From contig JBHGNT010000022.1 in NCBI GenBank assembly GCA_043228905.1, forward strand, positions 6,200,001-6,264,000: 64,000 bases of DNA. Direction: 5' to 3'. Positions 13,100 through 25,100 of this stretch are shown here, one piece after another. How positions within the stretch are numbered: the stretch's first letter is position 1; the number at the start of each line of letters is the position of its first letter. The notes below the pieces were generated by a model that was not told where the DNA came from, ran no database searches, and worked only from the letters and a program-made list of their open reading frames with translations. A program made the translations under genes and the position numbers. Source of the stretch: Azolla caroliniana. Lineage: Eukaryota; Plantae; Polypodiophyta.

Positions 13100-14113
13100 T
13101 GATGGGTTCGAATCGAATATTCGAGAGAAAGATGTGCAGAAAATACAGAACTTGGAACAGAAAATAGCAAAATGAACAAGGTACACAGTTTTACGTGGAA
13201 ACCCTAAACGGGGAAAACCACAGGGGGGAATAGATCCTCACTATACAGTGGATATACAAGACAACAAGATTACAACGCTCTCTCAACACAGAGTGTAACA
13301 ACCACATAGGGCTCTTGACGTCTAAGCTCACTCAGTTGTGGCGTCGTTCCTTCTCACACACTGCTTCTACATCATTAAAGTATTGCCCTAAGTGTATTTA
13401 TACTTATACACAGAATGGGCTATTTACAAACGTAGCCTCTACTACTTTCATTCCTATTATTATTGTTGAGAATCAAGCTCAACTTGGTCTAGTGTGTGAA
13501 CTCACCTTGAGAGTGAAGAGACACTCCAACGGTCAAGAGTCACCATTATGTCACCACTTTGTATTCTAGCATTTAGTATGAGTCATAGAATCATATTCTA
13601 TGACACATAACTTATGAGTTTTCACATTCCCCATGCTCCATGAGCCTTGTAGTTAATGAAGAGAGAGGGTGACTACATAAAGCACCCTCCTCCCACCTTG
13701 TAAAATGTTGAGTCTTTCTCCTTTGTCAATATACTTTTACCTTGCGTATTCCTTCTCTCTCTCTCTCTCTCTCTCACACGAACAGTTCACACCTATTCCG
13801 CTTCAAAAGAATCCATATCCGATTCTTTACAATTGTACTAATAGTAATAGCAGTTAATCAGCCGACTAGTCGACCAATCGATTCGACTAGCCGACTCATG
13901 TGTCGACTGTCGGCCCAACTAGTCTGCCTTGTCATCGACTCTACAGTCGGCCCGACTAGTCGGTCATATCCTTGACTTGGATCACTCACTATATTGTAGA
14001 CTCTCCATGTTGACTCTTCCTTGTCATCGATTGTCGGCTCTCGACCCGACCAGTCGGCTACTCCTTATCCTCGATTGTCGGCTCTCGGTCCGACTTGTCG
14101 GCGCCTCCCAACA
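13100..14113 (-). mobile_element. Copia solo LTR with 5-bp TSD ATTAG
   Basis: TG...CA termini with ATTAG at 13095-13099 and 14114-14118. It shares the GTGGTTTT(T)CCCG.TTAGGGTTT(T)CCAC motif and the TGTTGGGA start with the LTR at 54781. Confidence 0.8.
13464..13831 (+). mobile_element. Second solo LTR nested inside the previous solo LTR
   Basis: Starts TGTTGAG...CTCAAC like other copia LTRs here and ends TTTACA. Flanks ATTAT/ATTGT match at 4 of 5 positions. Internal TATA-like motif and CT tract. Confidence 0.7.
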
Positions 14114-14964
14114 ATTAGTTGTATTCATGAAGTTAACATGCTTAGCTTCACTAAATTAAAAATTCATCTTTTTTATTAACTTTGATGGAAAAACTTTGTT
14201 GAATATTTCTTCAGAAGATATTGGATGAAAGTTGAATATGGTCAAGATTTCATTAAAATCACCATACCCTAAAAGACGACCTTTGATATTTCTAACTATC
14301 TATTGTACTATAGTGGGAAAGCTTGTGTTCTAGATCTCCCTCAAGTAAAGAAGAAAATTGTCATACACACCTTATGTTAGACACACTTACAAATGTTCGA
14401 ATTTTAGAGAGTAAATATTACAGATCAAGCTAGTGACGAGCAAAGAGTAAAAGATTAAGGGTGTTTAACCATACCAACAACCCCTGAGTGAAGAGCATGT
14501 GACGAACATAAAATAGCATCGGTGTTCCATACCACAGATAATTACTTTATGTATACCTTGGATGTTGAATAAAGGATCGAGCACTGATATTGTTGCAAGT
14601 GCGATGAAAATCTCGTTTCCATTATGCATGAACGTGTTTCTTTGGCGGGTAATAGTGAGTGGGTTGCTTGTGGCAAGCGAATTTCCAAAAAAATCAACAC
14701 ATTTTAGATGGCATGGGTTTCCAGTTTAGAGGATTGGGAAGGATGGTAGACACGTACATCCTTACATGTGCAATTGTGATACTGCAACTCTAGGCATCGG
14801 TAAGTGGGTTTTCTCTCAAGAAGTGAATGCTTTGTACCCTCCCCATCATTGAAGGTAGCGTTAGACAGTGTTGGTGGTAATTGGGCTCCACGAGTCATAA
14901 GATCCTCACTATCAATCAAAGTTGAGACAACAATGTATTTTGTATTCTCTCATTTTGTTTGGGC

Positions 14965-15012
14965 ATGTATGTATGTATGTATGTATGTATGTATGTATGT
15001 ATGTATGTATGT
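14965..15012. repeat. (ATGT)12 microsatellite
   Basis: Direct reading. Confidence 0.95.
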
Positions 15013-15090
15013 ACAAGAGAGATGGAGCGAAGATTGTAACTAATGCTTCGTGGCGTCAATCAATGAATCAATCAATGGGAAGGGGGACAA

Positions 15091-15330
15091 ACCTACCCCT
15101 ATGTATATGTATGTTAGACATTCTATGAATCCAAAGGCTAATATTACATTACACATATATGTACATATTAACCTACCCCTATGTATATGTATGTTAGACA
15201 TTCTATGAATCCAAAGGCTAATATTACATTACACATATATGTACATATTAACCTACCCCTATGTATATGTATGTTAGACATTCTATGAATCCAAAGGCTA
15301 ATATTACATTACACATATATGTACATATTA
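15091..15330. repeat. Perfect 80-bp tandem triplication upstream of the PPR start codon
   Basis: Unit ACCTACCCCTATGTATATG...GTACATATTA at 15091, 15171 and 15251. A (CAT)n tract follows at ~15354-15378. Confidence 0.97.
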
Positions 15331-15402
15331 TTATGTATGTAATGTAATATGTTCATCATCATCATCATCATCATCATCCAACTCTTTAACTCTTAAAAGC
15401 TT

Positions 15403-17961
15403 ATGCTGCCCCGGCCCTGCCTCCAAAGCCTGCAGCAGCATGAGCACATCATCCTTCTTTCCTTTACTTCTTCTAAACACAAGACACGAAATATATGTTG
15501 CTGCTATTCTCACCACAAGACCTGCTTCTCTAAATATGGTTCACCTCCATCCCTCGCTCACTACCTCGTCTCAAGGATCATTGACACTGGGAACCTCTGT
15601 CTTGCTCAACTTGTCCTTGATGGCGTTTCTATGGAACAGAGTAATTGCATCTCCATATGTAATGCTCTTATCAATGGATTCATTCGATTAGGAGAGCTTA
15701 GAAAATCTCTTACACTTCATCGCACCATCAGACAAAAATGTGACTTATTCCTATCTTCCCATACTTATGTTGGCTTGTTGAAGGCTTGTGCTCAATTGAA
15801 AGATCGAGAAAAGGGTTCTGAAATCCATGATGAAATCGTTTCGGTCGGTTTATTGAATTCCGATCCTTTTGTCAGTGTTGCATTAATTGATATGTATGTG
15901 AAATGTGATTCTTTTACTGATGCGCGTGATCTTCTGAATGTTCTTCCGGTTCATAATGTCGTTGCTCGGAATGTGCTCATTTCTGGATATCTCCGGAAAG
16001 AATGTTTTCTCGATGCGCTCTGCTACTTTGAAGAGATGAAAATGGCAGGTGTCTCTCCGAATGAAGTTACATTTAGTTGCATGTTGAAAGCTTGTAGTAA
16101 CATTGAGGCCATAGGGAAAGGTGTTGAAATACATGCTGAAGTATGTCGAAAAGGATTATTGAGAACAAATTGTTATCTTGGCAATGCGCTTATTGAGATG
16201 TATGCCAAAACTGGTAATTTAACCAAAGCCCAAGAAGTGTTCGATGAACTTTTGGTTCGGAATGTGGTGACCTGGACGGTGCTTATTGGAGGATATGCCA
16301 TGAATGATCATGATGAAGAAGCAATTAACTGCTTTGAAGAGATGCAAATCAAAGGGTTTGCCCCAAATTCTATTACATTTTCATGTGTTTTAAAAGCATG
16401 TGGAATCATCGGAGCTATAGATAAGTGTGATGAAATATATGCCGAAATTTCTCGAAAGGGACTATTAGAAAACGATCTGTTTCTTACTAGTGCTTTGGTG
16501 GACCTTTATGCAAAATGGGGATTTTTGAATAAAGCACGAGAAATCTTTGACCTAATTTTAATTAGAAATATAGCTACATGGACTGCACTGCTGTCAGGAT
16601 ATGCGGAACATGGGCGAGGACATGAAGCATTAGGAAACTTAGAGAGGATGAAAGTAGAAAGCATATCGCCTAATATGAAAACATATGTGTCCGCCTTAAA
16701 AGCATGTGGAAGCATAGGAGATAATACAAAGGGCATCCGAATACATGCAAGCATTGGTAAAAGTACATTTTTGGACACTGATCTTTTTCTTGGGAGTGCC
16801 TTGGTCGGCATGTATGCTAAATGCGGAATGATTGCAAAAGCTCAGAAGGTGTTTGATATGCTTCCGGATAGGAATGTAGTGACATGGAGTGCACTCATCA
16901 TGGGATATGCTCAATATAAGTATGCTAAGGAAGCATTGAAGTGTCTTCACCTAATGCGAGAAGAGGGTGTCCATCCAAATGCGGTTACGTTTGCATGCAC
17001 ATTGGAATCATGTGATGCAATAGAAAATGTGAGTAAAATGCATGATGAGATTATGATGAATGGTAGTTTGGAAAACAATGTGCTCATTGGGAGTATGTTG
17101 ATACGTATGTATGCCAAATGTGGTTCCCTTGTGAAAGCATGGGAAGTGTTTGAAACACTTGTAATTCGGAGTACGATAATATGGAATGAACTCATTTTTG
17201 GATTTGTTCTACAACATCATCATCATGAAGCATTGAAGTGTCTTGAATATATGGAACTTGAAGGTGTTTCTCCGAGCACGCTGACAATTTCTTGCATCTT
17301 AAAAGCATGTGGCAATATGGGGTCGATGAATATAGCAGAGAAAATACATGTAGAGGTTGCAAGGAAGGGATTATTGCAAAGAGATCTCTTCATCGGTACT
17401 ACATTGGTGGATGTTTATTCTAAATGTGGTTCTCTTGCAAAAGCAAAAGAAGTTTTTGACATGCTTCCGATACGAAACAATGTCACATGGAGTGCTCTAA
17501 TTTCAGGATATTCTCAGCTCGGAGACATTGAAAATGCTATTTTTACTTTTGAGAGAATGATTAATGAGGATGGTCAGAAACCCGACCTTATCACATTTGT
17601 GAGCATTCTTAATGCATGTAGTCATGCCGGCTATGTGGATAAGGGCCATAGATACCTTGAACTCATGATTAAACACTATGGCATGTCTCCAAGTATAAAT
17701 CACCATGCATGTATGGTTGATCTAATTGGTCGAGCAGGCCAGTTGTGTAATGCACTAACAATAATGACAGAGATACCATGTCATCCAGATAGCACGATGT
17801 GGCTATCCGTGATGGGTGCTAGTCATAATTGGGGAAATGTAAACCTCGGAAGACATGCACTTGAACAACTTGTAGAATTGGATGCAATGGATACCACAGC
17901 GTACATTTGTATGTATAATATCTTTGCGCAAGCAAACATTAAGGAAAGGTACAACATGTAA
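15403..17961 (+). CDS. PLS-class pentatricopeptide repeat protein with E-domain region (organellar RNA-editing factor type), 852 aa
   Basis: Single ORF with roughly 20 P-L-S motifs (NALIEMYAK.G, RNVVTW.ALI.GYA, PN.VTF...LKAC). It ends with ACSHAG, HHACMVDLIGRAG and E motifs (P....W.S.MGA...WGN..LG, AYICMYNIFA). Confidence 0.95.
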   Translation: MLPRPCLQSLQQHEHIILLSFTSSKHKTRNICCCYSHHKTCFSKYGSPPSLAHYLVSRIIDTGNLCLAQLVLDGVSMEQSNCISICNALINGFIRLGELRKSLTLHRTIRQKCDLFLSSHTYVGLLKACAQLKDREKGSEIHDEIVSVGLLNSDPFVSVALIDMYVKCDSFTDARDLLNVLPVHNVVARNVLISGYLRKECFLDALCYFEEMKMAGVSPNEVTFSCMLKACSNIEAIGKGVEIHAEVCRKGLLRTNCYLGNALIEMYAKTGNLTKAQEVFDELLVRNVVTWTVLIGGYAMNDHDEEAINCFEEMQIKGFAPNSITFSCVLKACGIIGAIDKCDEIYAEISRKGLLENDLFLTSALVDLYAKWGFLNKAREIFDLILIRNIATWTALLSGYAEHGRGHEALGNLERMKVESISPNMKTYVSALKACGSIGDNTKGIRIHASIGKSTFLDTDLFLGSALVGMYAKCGMIAKAQKVFDMLPDRNVVTWSALIMGYAQYKYAKEALKCLHLMREEGVHPNAVTFACTLESCDAIENVSKMHDEIMMNGSLENNVLIGSMLIRMYAKCGSLVKAWEVFETLVIRSTIIWNELIFGFVLQHHHHEALKCLEYMELEGVSPSTLTISCILKACGNMGSMNIAEKIHVEVARKGLLQRDLFIGTTLVDVYSKCGSLAKAKEVFDMLPIRNNVTWSALISGYSQLGDIENAIFTFERMINEDGQKPDLITFVSILNACSHAGYVDKGHRYLELMIKHYGMSPSINHHACMVDLIGRAGQLCNALTIMTEIPCHPDSTMWLSVMGASHNWGNVNLGRHALEQLVELDAMDTTAYICMYNIFAQANIKERYNM

Positions 17962-18348
17962 AGGATGCAATCTTGGATAGAGGTATGTATATATATATCT
18001 TGAGATTGCTAAAGAAAGGCATGGTAATGGAGTACTTTGGGGATTATTTCTCTCCTATATATCTTGAGATTGCTAAAGAAAGGCATGGTAATGGAGTTTC
18101 ATGTTCTCGGCGTTTGCAAGGGTAAGGCCATATCAGCTGTGTTCGCATGTATAATTTCTCGTGGTCAAGGAAGGGCTAGTGACTAGAACATCAGCGATGG
18201 TTTCAGGGTCAATGTATAGTCATGTGATTCAGGGACAACTAAGAATTATATTTCAATAGAACATTAGATTCTTCTAAAACTACGATCCATGATCCAATAC
18301 ACATTTCAGCTTTAAATGTGCATGAATGTTGCTTGCTCCTGTGATTAA
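17962..18348 (+). pseudogene. Possible decayed E+/DYW domain downstream of the PPR stop
   Basis: SWIEV lies in frame right after the TAA, followed by LCSHV*FLVVKEGLV (18137-), an MCxDCH-like remnant (18212-) and ACSCD* (18331-18348), in DYW order. Confidence 0.45.
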
Positions 18349-21300
18349 AGGTCATTTTTGCTGCTGAATTAACCTCTTCAGCACGAATACATTATTCTCG
18401 TATTACAAGGTAATCATATGCCATCCTATATAGTGGTGGCATTGTGTATTCATTATCATGCCACCATTGTAAAGGATCCTTGTCGGTGCCAATTGGAGGA
18501 AGTCTTATGAAGTACTCAATTTTCTCATTGTGAATAAAAAATGAGACTTTTATTATTTACCCGTATTAAGCTCCTAATTCTAGACTTATTATCATTTGGA
18601 TGTATTATGGTTGAGGTGGCTCGGCATCACTCGAGAACGAGTGATGAGTGCTTTCAACAAGCTTAATGTTTAATTTTTTTCAATATGGTTATTTGAAATT
18701 GACAAATCTACTTAAAAATAAATGATATTTATAATTCCAATAAAAAAGTAGAAAGCATAAAGTTTAAACATTACTTGGGATTAGGAGTTGGCAATGACCC
18801 GGCACAAGCTGGAACTGAGCCGTTAAACCGTTTTTAAATAGTTTGGCAACCTGGTGGTTTAGCTTCCTTAACAGGTTTGAGCTCACTTCAGTTTGGCATG
18901 AGCCTTACCAAACTAATTCCCCAACCGGTTTAGCACAAATCGATTAAGCCTAGCAATCTGCAATGATTTGGTTTGAAGTGAGGTGAACTGCAACATCATG
19001 GCTTAACTACTTAACGATTTAAACAGTTTGATTCAGTTCAATTCAAGTCCAAGTTTTTGTTGACGGTTTGTAGGTTTGGAGTCAATGATTTGGTTCAATT
19101 CGAGCCTTTATTGGCTTAATGGTTAGAAGTTGTGGTTTAAAAGGTTTAATGATTTAAGGGTACACTTAATTATTTTTTTAAACATTTTTTAGCTTTAAAG
19201 GCTAATTCTAACATTTTAGAAAAATTCTTTAAAAGTTTGAATTTTGACCAAACTTGGAAAACATGCAATACTTTAGCAAACTCTATAGAAGATTGAATAG
19301 GTTGTGAAATACTTGAGTTTTGGTTTGGATCGCCTACGAGAAGATGTTTTACTATAGTAGCAAACATGACAATGATGACATCATCATCTAGATGTGCCAT
19401 TATCCATAAACAATATGAATGAACATTCGTCCATGATGTACTTTACCTTTTTCTTAGCATGCTTGTGGGCTCATGACCAACATTAATAGAAGATGAGTCA
19501 ATTGGTGCATGAGTTTGAGAAGATGAGCCATTTAAAGTATATAAAGAACAAGTGAAACTTAAAATGAGCTTAGTAGAAGCAAGTACTAAAATCACATGAA
19601 ATAAACTCATTATTGAAACTACATAACAAGAACTCACATGAACACCCATAAGATTTTTATCAAACTAGCCATATGACATATCACAACCAAATTTCATTCA
19701 TTATGCAACTAGTCTACAATTATCATGTTAAAACATAAATGTTAAGTTGGTACAATAATATAGAACATAATTCTTACTATTTTATGATGTCCTCACAAAG
19801 TATTTTTCATCTCATTTGTGAAATTCTGAAATTCAATCACTCACATTCTTTTCAAATATAAGCCTTATACACTATAAACAATAGCATAGTGATAGAAGAG
19901 ACATCCATCATAACATAAATATATTTTGCACAAAAGATAAGCCTAAAAATGCACATATGTAACTCATTGTAATCATTGTCTCACTCATAAAAGCACGAAC
20001 GGATTGTTTCTCATTTGTGAAGCCCAATGGTTGTTTCCTATTGTTTTGTGGAAGGAGGACATGTGTTTCCTTTTATGGTTTTTCTTTTTAGAATTTGACA
20101 AGCTTTGATAAGTAACTTTGTTAAAAAAATGGTTCCTATGGTTCCCCGCTTTTTGCATTAGTGATTCGTGACTTCTGAAGTGGAGTGGAATTTCTTTTCC
20201 ATGTTATAGTCACTAGTGGGTGCCAATACTTCCAATAAATGTTACATATTACCTAGAACAAGGACACCTACCCATGTAGTTTTCAAACATGGTGAAGATA
20301 TAGATATCACTTAGGGGAGAGAGGTAACAATGATTTAGGTTAACATTTCAATCTTGTATATATTTAGATCTATTAGCATATGCCAAAATGAGTGTATTTA
20401 TTTATTAGCTTGAAGTAAAATGAGAGCAATAAACAATTTATGTGCTTTTCTGTGTTATGTATAACACATTAACACCTTATACAGTATTTTGATGAAAGAG
20501 AAGTTTATTCTATTTCCTTGTTTCCTCCATTCATGTTTCTACCAGGTACTATGGTCTCACCAAGTAGATAATGAGTTCAAGAAAATATTTTAAAAAAAAC
20601 CGAGGGTAGAGGAAAGGGATGTCCTCTTATTGTCCGAAGGACTTTGAATTGTTCCCTTAACAATTCAAAGTAGCAATATTCAATATTCCCTTGTTCCATG
20701 AATAAATTCCACAAGGTTATTAAAGATGTCAAAGTCGGTGCAAAGGTCTCTAAATTCAACAAGGTAGCAAGTCAAGCTCCTCTTGACAGAGGTTCGAGAA
20801 GTTATGGGTGGGTTTCAATGCTAATCACCATCAAGGACCGAGTTAATTTCCTTTAGTTTGTGGGATAGGATGTGTGCCTTGTTATTTCCTTGTGATATTT
20901 TAGTTTTCAACATTGTACTACTAGAACCCTAATAGATCTTATGTTTATAGACAAAATGGGGATGAAGAGTTTTCATTAGTCTCTTCGAGTACATGCCTAG
21001 ATTTCTCTACTCTAGCGATTGGAAATACATACACAAAATCCAATAGCATTGACGTCGATCTTGTTGTCTCAAGACATACAACATTTCAAATTAATAGATA
21101 TATTCGAACCCATGACCTACTCAAAGATGATGTGGAGCTTCAACCATTAGGATACATTATATTACATAATTGTTATATTAGTTCAGGAATAAACATATAT
21201 AATATTATGAAATGTCGCCACCGCATAGGCTAACACATGATTCTCAAGTGTTATGTTTGCATGAATGACAAATGGTGAGCATGCGTGCCTATGAGCTGGC

Positions 21301-22116
21301 GAGCATGCATGTATCCAAAACATGCTATATAAACATATATCAATGTATTGATTAACCATTTCAGTTCAACACCAGTCTTCGGCATACTCTTGTAACCCTT
21401 GTTCTCATTGTTGATACATTTTAAATATCTTATTTCTCTCTCTTTCCTCTCTTATTTTCTACTTCTCGTTCTTTTCTTCATTTAAAACTTGTCTTTGGCT
21501 ACGGCCCTGACAGTTTGAACTGGAATCCCTAACCTTCTTCATTGTAATTTTTTTCCAAGGAACCTCTCATCCTATCTTCTCATCACCATGGCAACAGTAA
21601 GTGAACAAGAATATACATGCGCATTCTAGGTGATCTTGAAAGCTTGAGCACCAAGTTCATGGCCTTGGAGCAAGAGAATCAAAGGCTGCTCAGGGATTTA
21701 CAACAAATGAATGTCGAGAAAGCTCAACAACATGAGGAATTAACTCAAAGGGTTCACCAACTTGAAGCGGCATTAAAAACATTGCGACAACAAGCATTAA
21801 AAGCACCAAATTCGACAAAAAAACTCAAGCTAAGTCTCCCGTCAAAGTTTGATGGTACTCGATCACAATTTCGAGGATTTCTAAATCAGGTATGTCTAGT
21901 ATTTCAAATGCATCCCACTCAATATCCAATAGATTTGGCACGAGTAGGGTTGGTCGGAACTCTATTGACTGGTACAATTGGCTTGGTTCACGCCATTACT
22001 CGAGAAAAAGTGCCCTATTTTGGAAAATTTTGATGAGTTTATTAAAGAGTTCCCAACTTGTTTTGGAGATACCAATAGCGTGAGAACAGTTATTAATAAG
22101 ATTTGAACGTCACGAC

Positions 22117-25100
22117 TGTCACGGATCATAAGCTCAAGAGACAAGCAAGAAGATAACCAAATGGACAAGAAAGAACATAGTATTAAAGGAAAGACTCCAT
22201 AACTGGTGTTGTTCACCTTGAATTCCTTCAAGGTGAACTCCTCTATTTATACTACATGGCATGCATACTTGTTGCACGCATGTGAATCTACAATAGAGCA
22301 TGTAGGTATGCATGCATGTGCCAAGTGTAAATACTACAAGGGAGCAACTATGCACATGATGCTAGCAAAATAATAAGGATCAATTACATACATAACTATG
22401 TACTAGATATCTTGGTTAACTCATAATACTAGATTATAACATGGTCGTGTCAAGAGTTCGAATCTTGACATTATCCCCCCTCCTACGCCGCCTTCCCAAA
22501 TCGGCCGCTGGTTTGTGGGGATATCGGTGATGAAAATCTTGGACGACCTCTAGGGCATTTGTAAATTTGCCGATGGTTCCCACGTGGCCTCAGACATGGG
22601 GTAACCCCTCCATAGGACAAGGTATTGCAAGTGTCGACGGTGCCAACGCGAGTCAAGGATTTGGTCGACCTCGTATTCCTCCCCTGTCGTCAATTGCACA
22701 GGTGGTGGTGGTGGGGCCTGACATCCTAGGAGTTGTGAAGCATAATGGGGTTCGAGGAGGGAGACATGAAAAACATCGTGAATCTGGAAGTGGGATGGAA
22801 GGGCGAGCCGGAAGGCGACGGGATTGATGCACTCGATGATACGGAATGGTCCCAACTTCTTGTAATTAAGTTTCGCACATGGACGCGTAGTAGAGATGTG
22901 TCGACGTAACAACCAGACCATGTCTCCAACGACAAAGTGTGGAGTGGAAGATCGATGGCGATCAGCCTGCTTCTTGTATCGTTCACTAGCAAGACTAAGC
23001 TCCAAGGATAAATCATGATGTAGTTCTTCCAAAATGCGGGCGTGATCCTCCGCCGAAGGGTTCACGGAAGTGGTAGGAAGGGAAATGTTGAAGCGAGGAT
23101 GTAAACCATAGTTGGCAAAGAAGGGAGTGACGCCAGTCGATGCATGGACAGAATTATTGTAGGCGAATTCCGCGAGCGAAAGTAAGTTGACCCAATCATC
23201 TTGTTGGTAACTAACCGAGCACCGAAGATACTGCTCAAGGATTTGGTTGACACGCTCCGTTTGCCCGTCAGTTTGGGGGTGATAAGCGGAGGACAACTTG
23301 ACAGAGATGCCTAAAGTTTGTAGCAGGCGCTTCCAGAAGTGAGAGACAAAGTAGGGTCTGCGATCCGAGATGACATCATCGGGGAGTCCATGCAAGCGTA
23401 CCACATTGTTGAGTAGTAGATGCACCATTCCTTCTCCAGAAATGGTTTTGGAGCATGGAGTGAAGTGAGCCATCTTCGTAAACTGATCGACAATGACCAA
23501 CACCGAGTCATAGTTATTGACCAAGGGTAGATTAGTTATCAGGTCCATAGAGATAGAGGCCCAAGGACGACGAGTACATGGAAGCGGCTGTAGTAAGCCG
23601 TATGGCCGATGATGAATGGCTTTGGAGCAAGCACAAACCTCACAAATCTTTATGTATTCTTTGACCAACTTCCATGGTTGTGGCCACCAATACCCCCGAG
23701 AGATTAGCTCGAGGGTTTTCGCGACCCCGAAATGACCTGCAAGTGGGTCATCGTGGCATTCCCGCAACACCCGAGTGCGACATGGGCCCTCTAGGACGTA
23801 CAAGAGATGATCTCGGAACAACAAACCCTCTTGTATGGTGAAGGTGTCAAGATCCTTCCTTTTGGTCGCCTTGGAGGGGTTTTGCAGACTATCTCGAATC
23901 TCGTTGGTGAACGCATCGGTCTTGGATGCATCAGTGATTTGTTGGAGTAAAGAAATACAAGTGGCAAAAAGATGCAATTGGTCGGGTTTCAACAAACATC
24001 TAGATTGTTGAGCATAAGCAGCATCCCTAGGGCGGAGTGCAAGGTTAGCTCGGCCCTGCCTTTGATTCAAAGTACGAGTGGTGGAAAAATAAACTAAATT
24101 TTTATGATCAATCACTACCTGGACATGATGTTGTGCGCCGGCCAAGTAGGGTTTCCATTCTTCAAAGGCAGCAATGATAGCAGCAAGCTCCTTGTCGTAA
24201 ATGGGATAATTGATTTCGGATGCCGTAAATTTTCAAGAATAGTAAGCCACTGGGTGCATTAGGTTGTTGTCATCTGCCTGGGATAAGATGGCGCCATGGC
24301 AAAGTCAGAGGCATCGGTTTCGACTTGGAAGGGTTTTGTGGGGTCGGCATGTAGCAGCACCGGGGCAGTGATGAATGCGTGTTTGAGTGAGTCGAACGCA
24401 TTTTGCGCCTCCGAGGTCCATAAAAATGGAGTGCCTTTATGGGTGAGAGTGATAAGAGGTTGTGCTAGGGTGGAAAACCCCTTGATGAAGTGACGGTAAA
24501 AATTTGCGAAGCCGAGGAAGGATTGCACATCTTTAAGTCGCCTTGGAGTCGCCCACGCCTGAATGATAGAGACCTTCTTCATATCCATGGTGATGCCAGT
24601 GGGCGAGATCATGTAGCCCAGAAATTCAATTGAGGTATGGTTGAACTCGCATTTCTTGCCTTTGGCATAAAGGCCATGCTCGCAAAGTTTGGCAAGAACT
24701 AATCGGACTTGGCGAGTGTGCTCCTCCATGTTTGGTGAGAAAATGAGAATATCATCAAGGTAAATGACAACAAAAAGATCAAGATATTCCCGGAATATAT
24801 CGTTCATCATATGTTGAAAAACTACGGGAGCGTTAGTAAGACCAAAAGACATTGCCTTGTATTCGAAATGCCCATACCGTGTTCGAAATGCGGTTTTCCA
24901 TTCATCCCCCGGCTTGATGTGTACTAGATTGTACGCTCCACACAGATCAACTTTGGAGAAGACACGCGTAACTCGGAGCCGATCAAGGAGTTCAGGGATC
25001 AGAGGTAGTGGATAGCGGTTGCGCACAATGAGTTTGTTGAGACCTCGGTAGTCGACGCATAAGCGTAGAGAGTCGTTCTTCTTCTTCACAAATAAAATGG

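Noticed and set aside
13104-13114. Perfect B-box GGGTTCGAATC at the end of a solo LTR
   Set aside because: No A-box within the element and a single short match; may be chance.
17959-17961. Stop codon removal by U-to-C editing to restore SWIEV
   Set aside because: Plant U-to-C editing is organellar while this gene is nuclear, and the downstream domain has further lesions.
18782-20250. Possible hAT-like DNA transposon (TAGGAGTTGGCAA start, AAACCG/GGTTT-rich subterminal region)
   Set aside because: No matching second TIR, TSD or clear transposase motif could be established by eye.
20560-21060. Possible LINE ORF1 relic (similarly 43120-43480 and 12780-13050)
   Set aside because: Too degenerate to assign without a database search.
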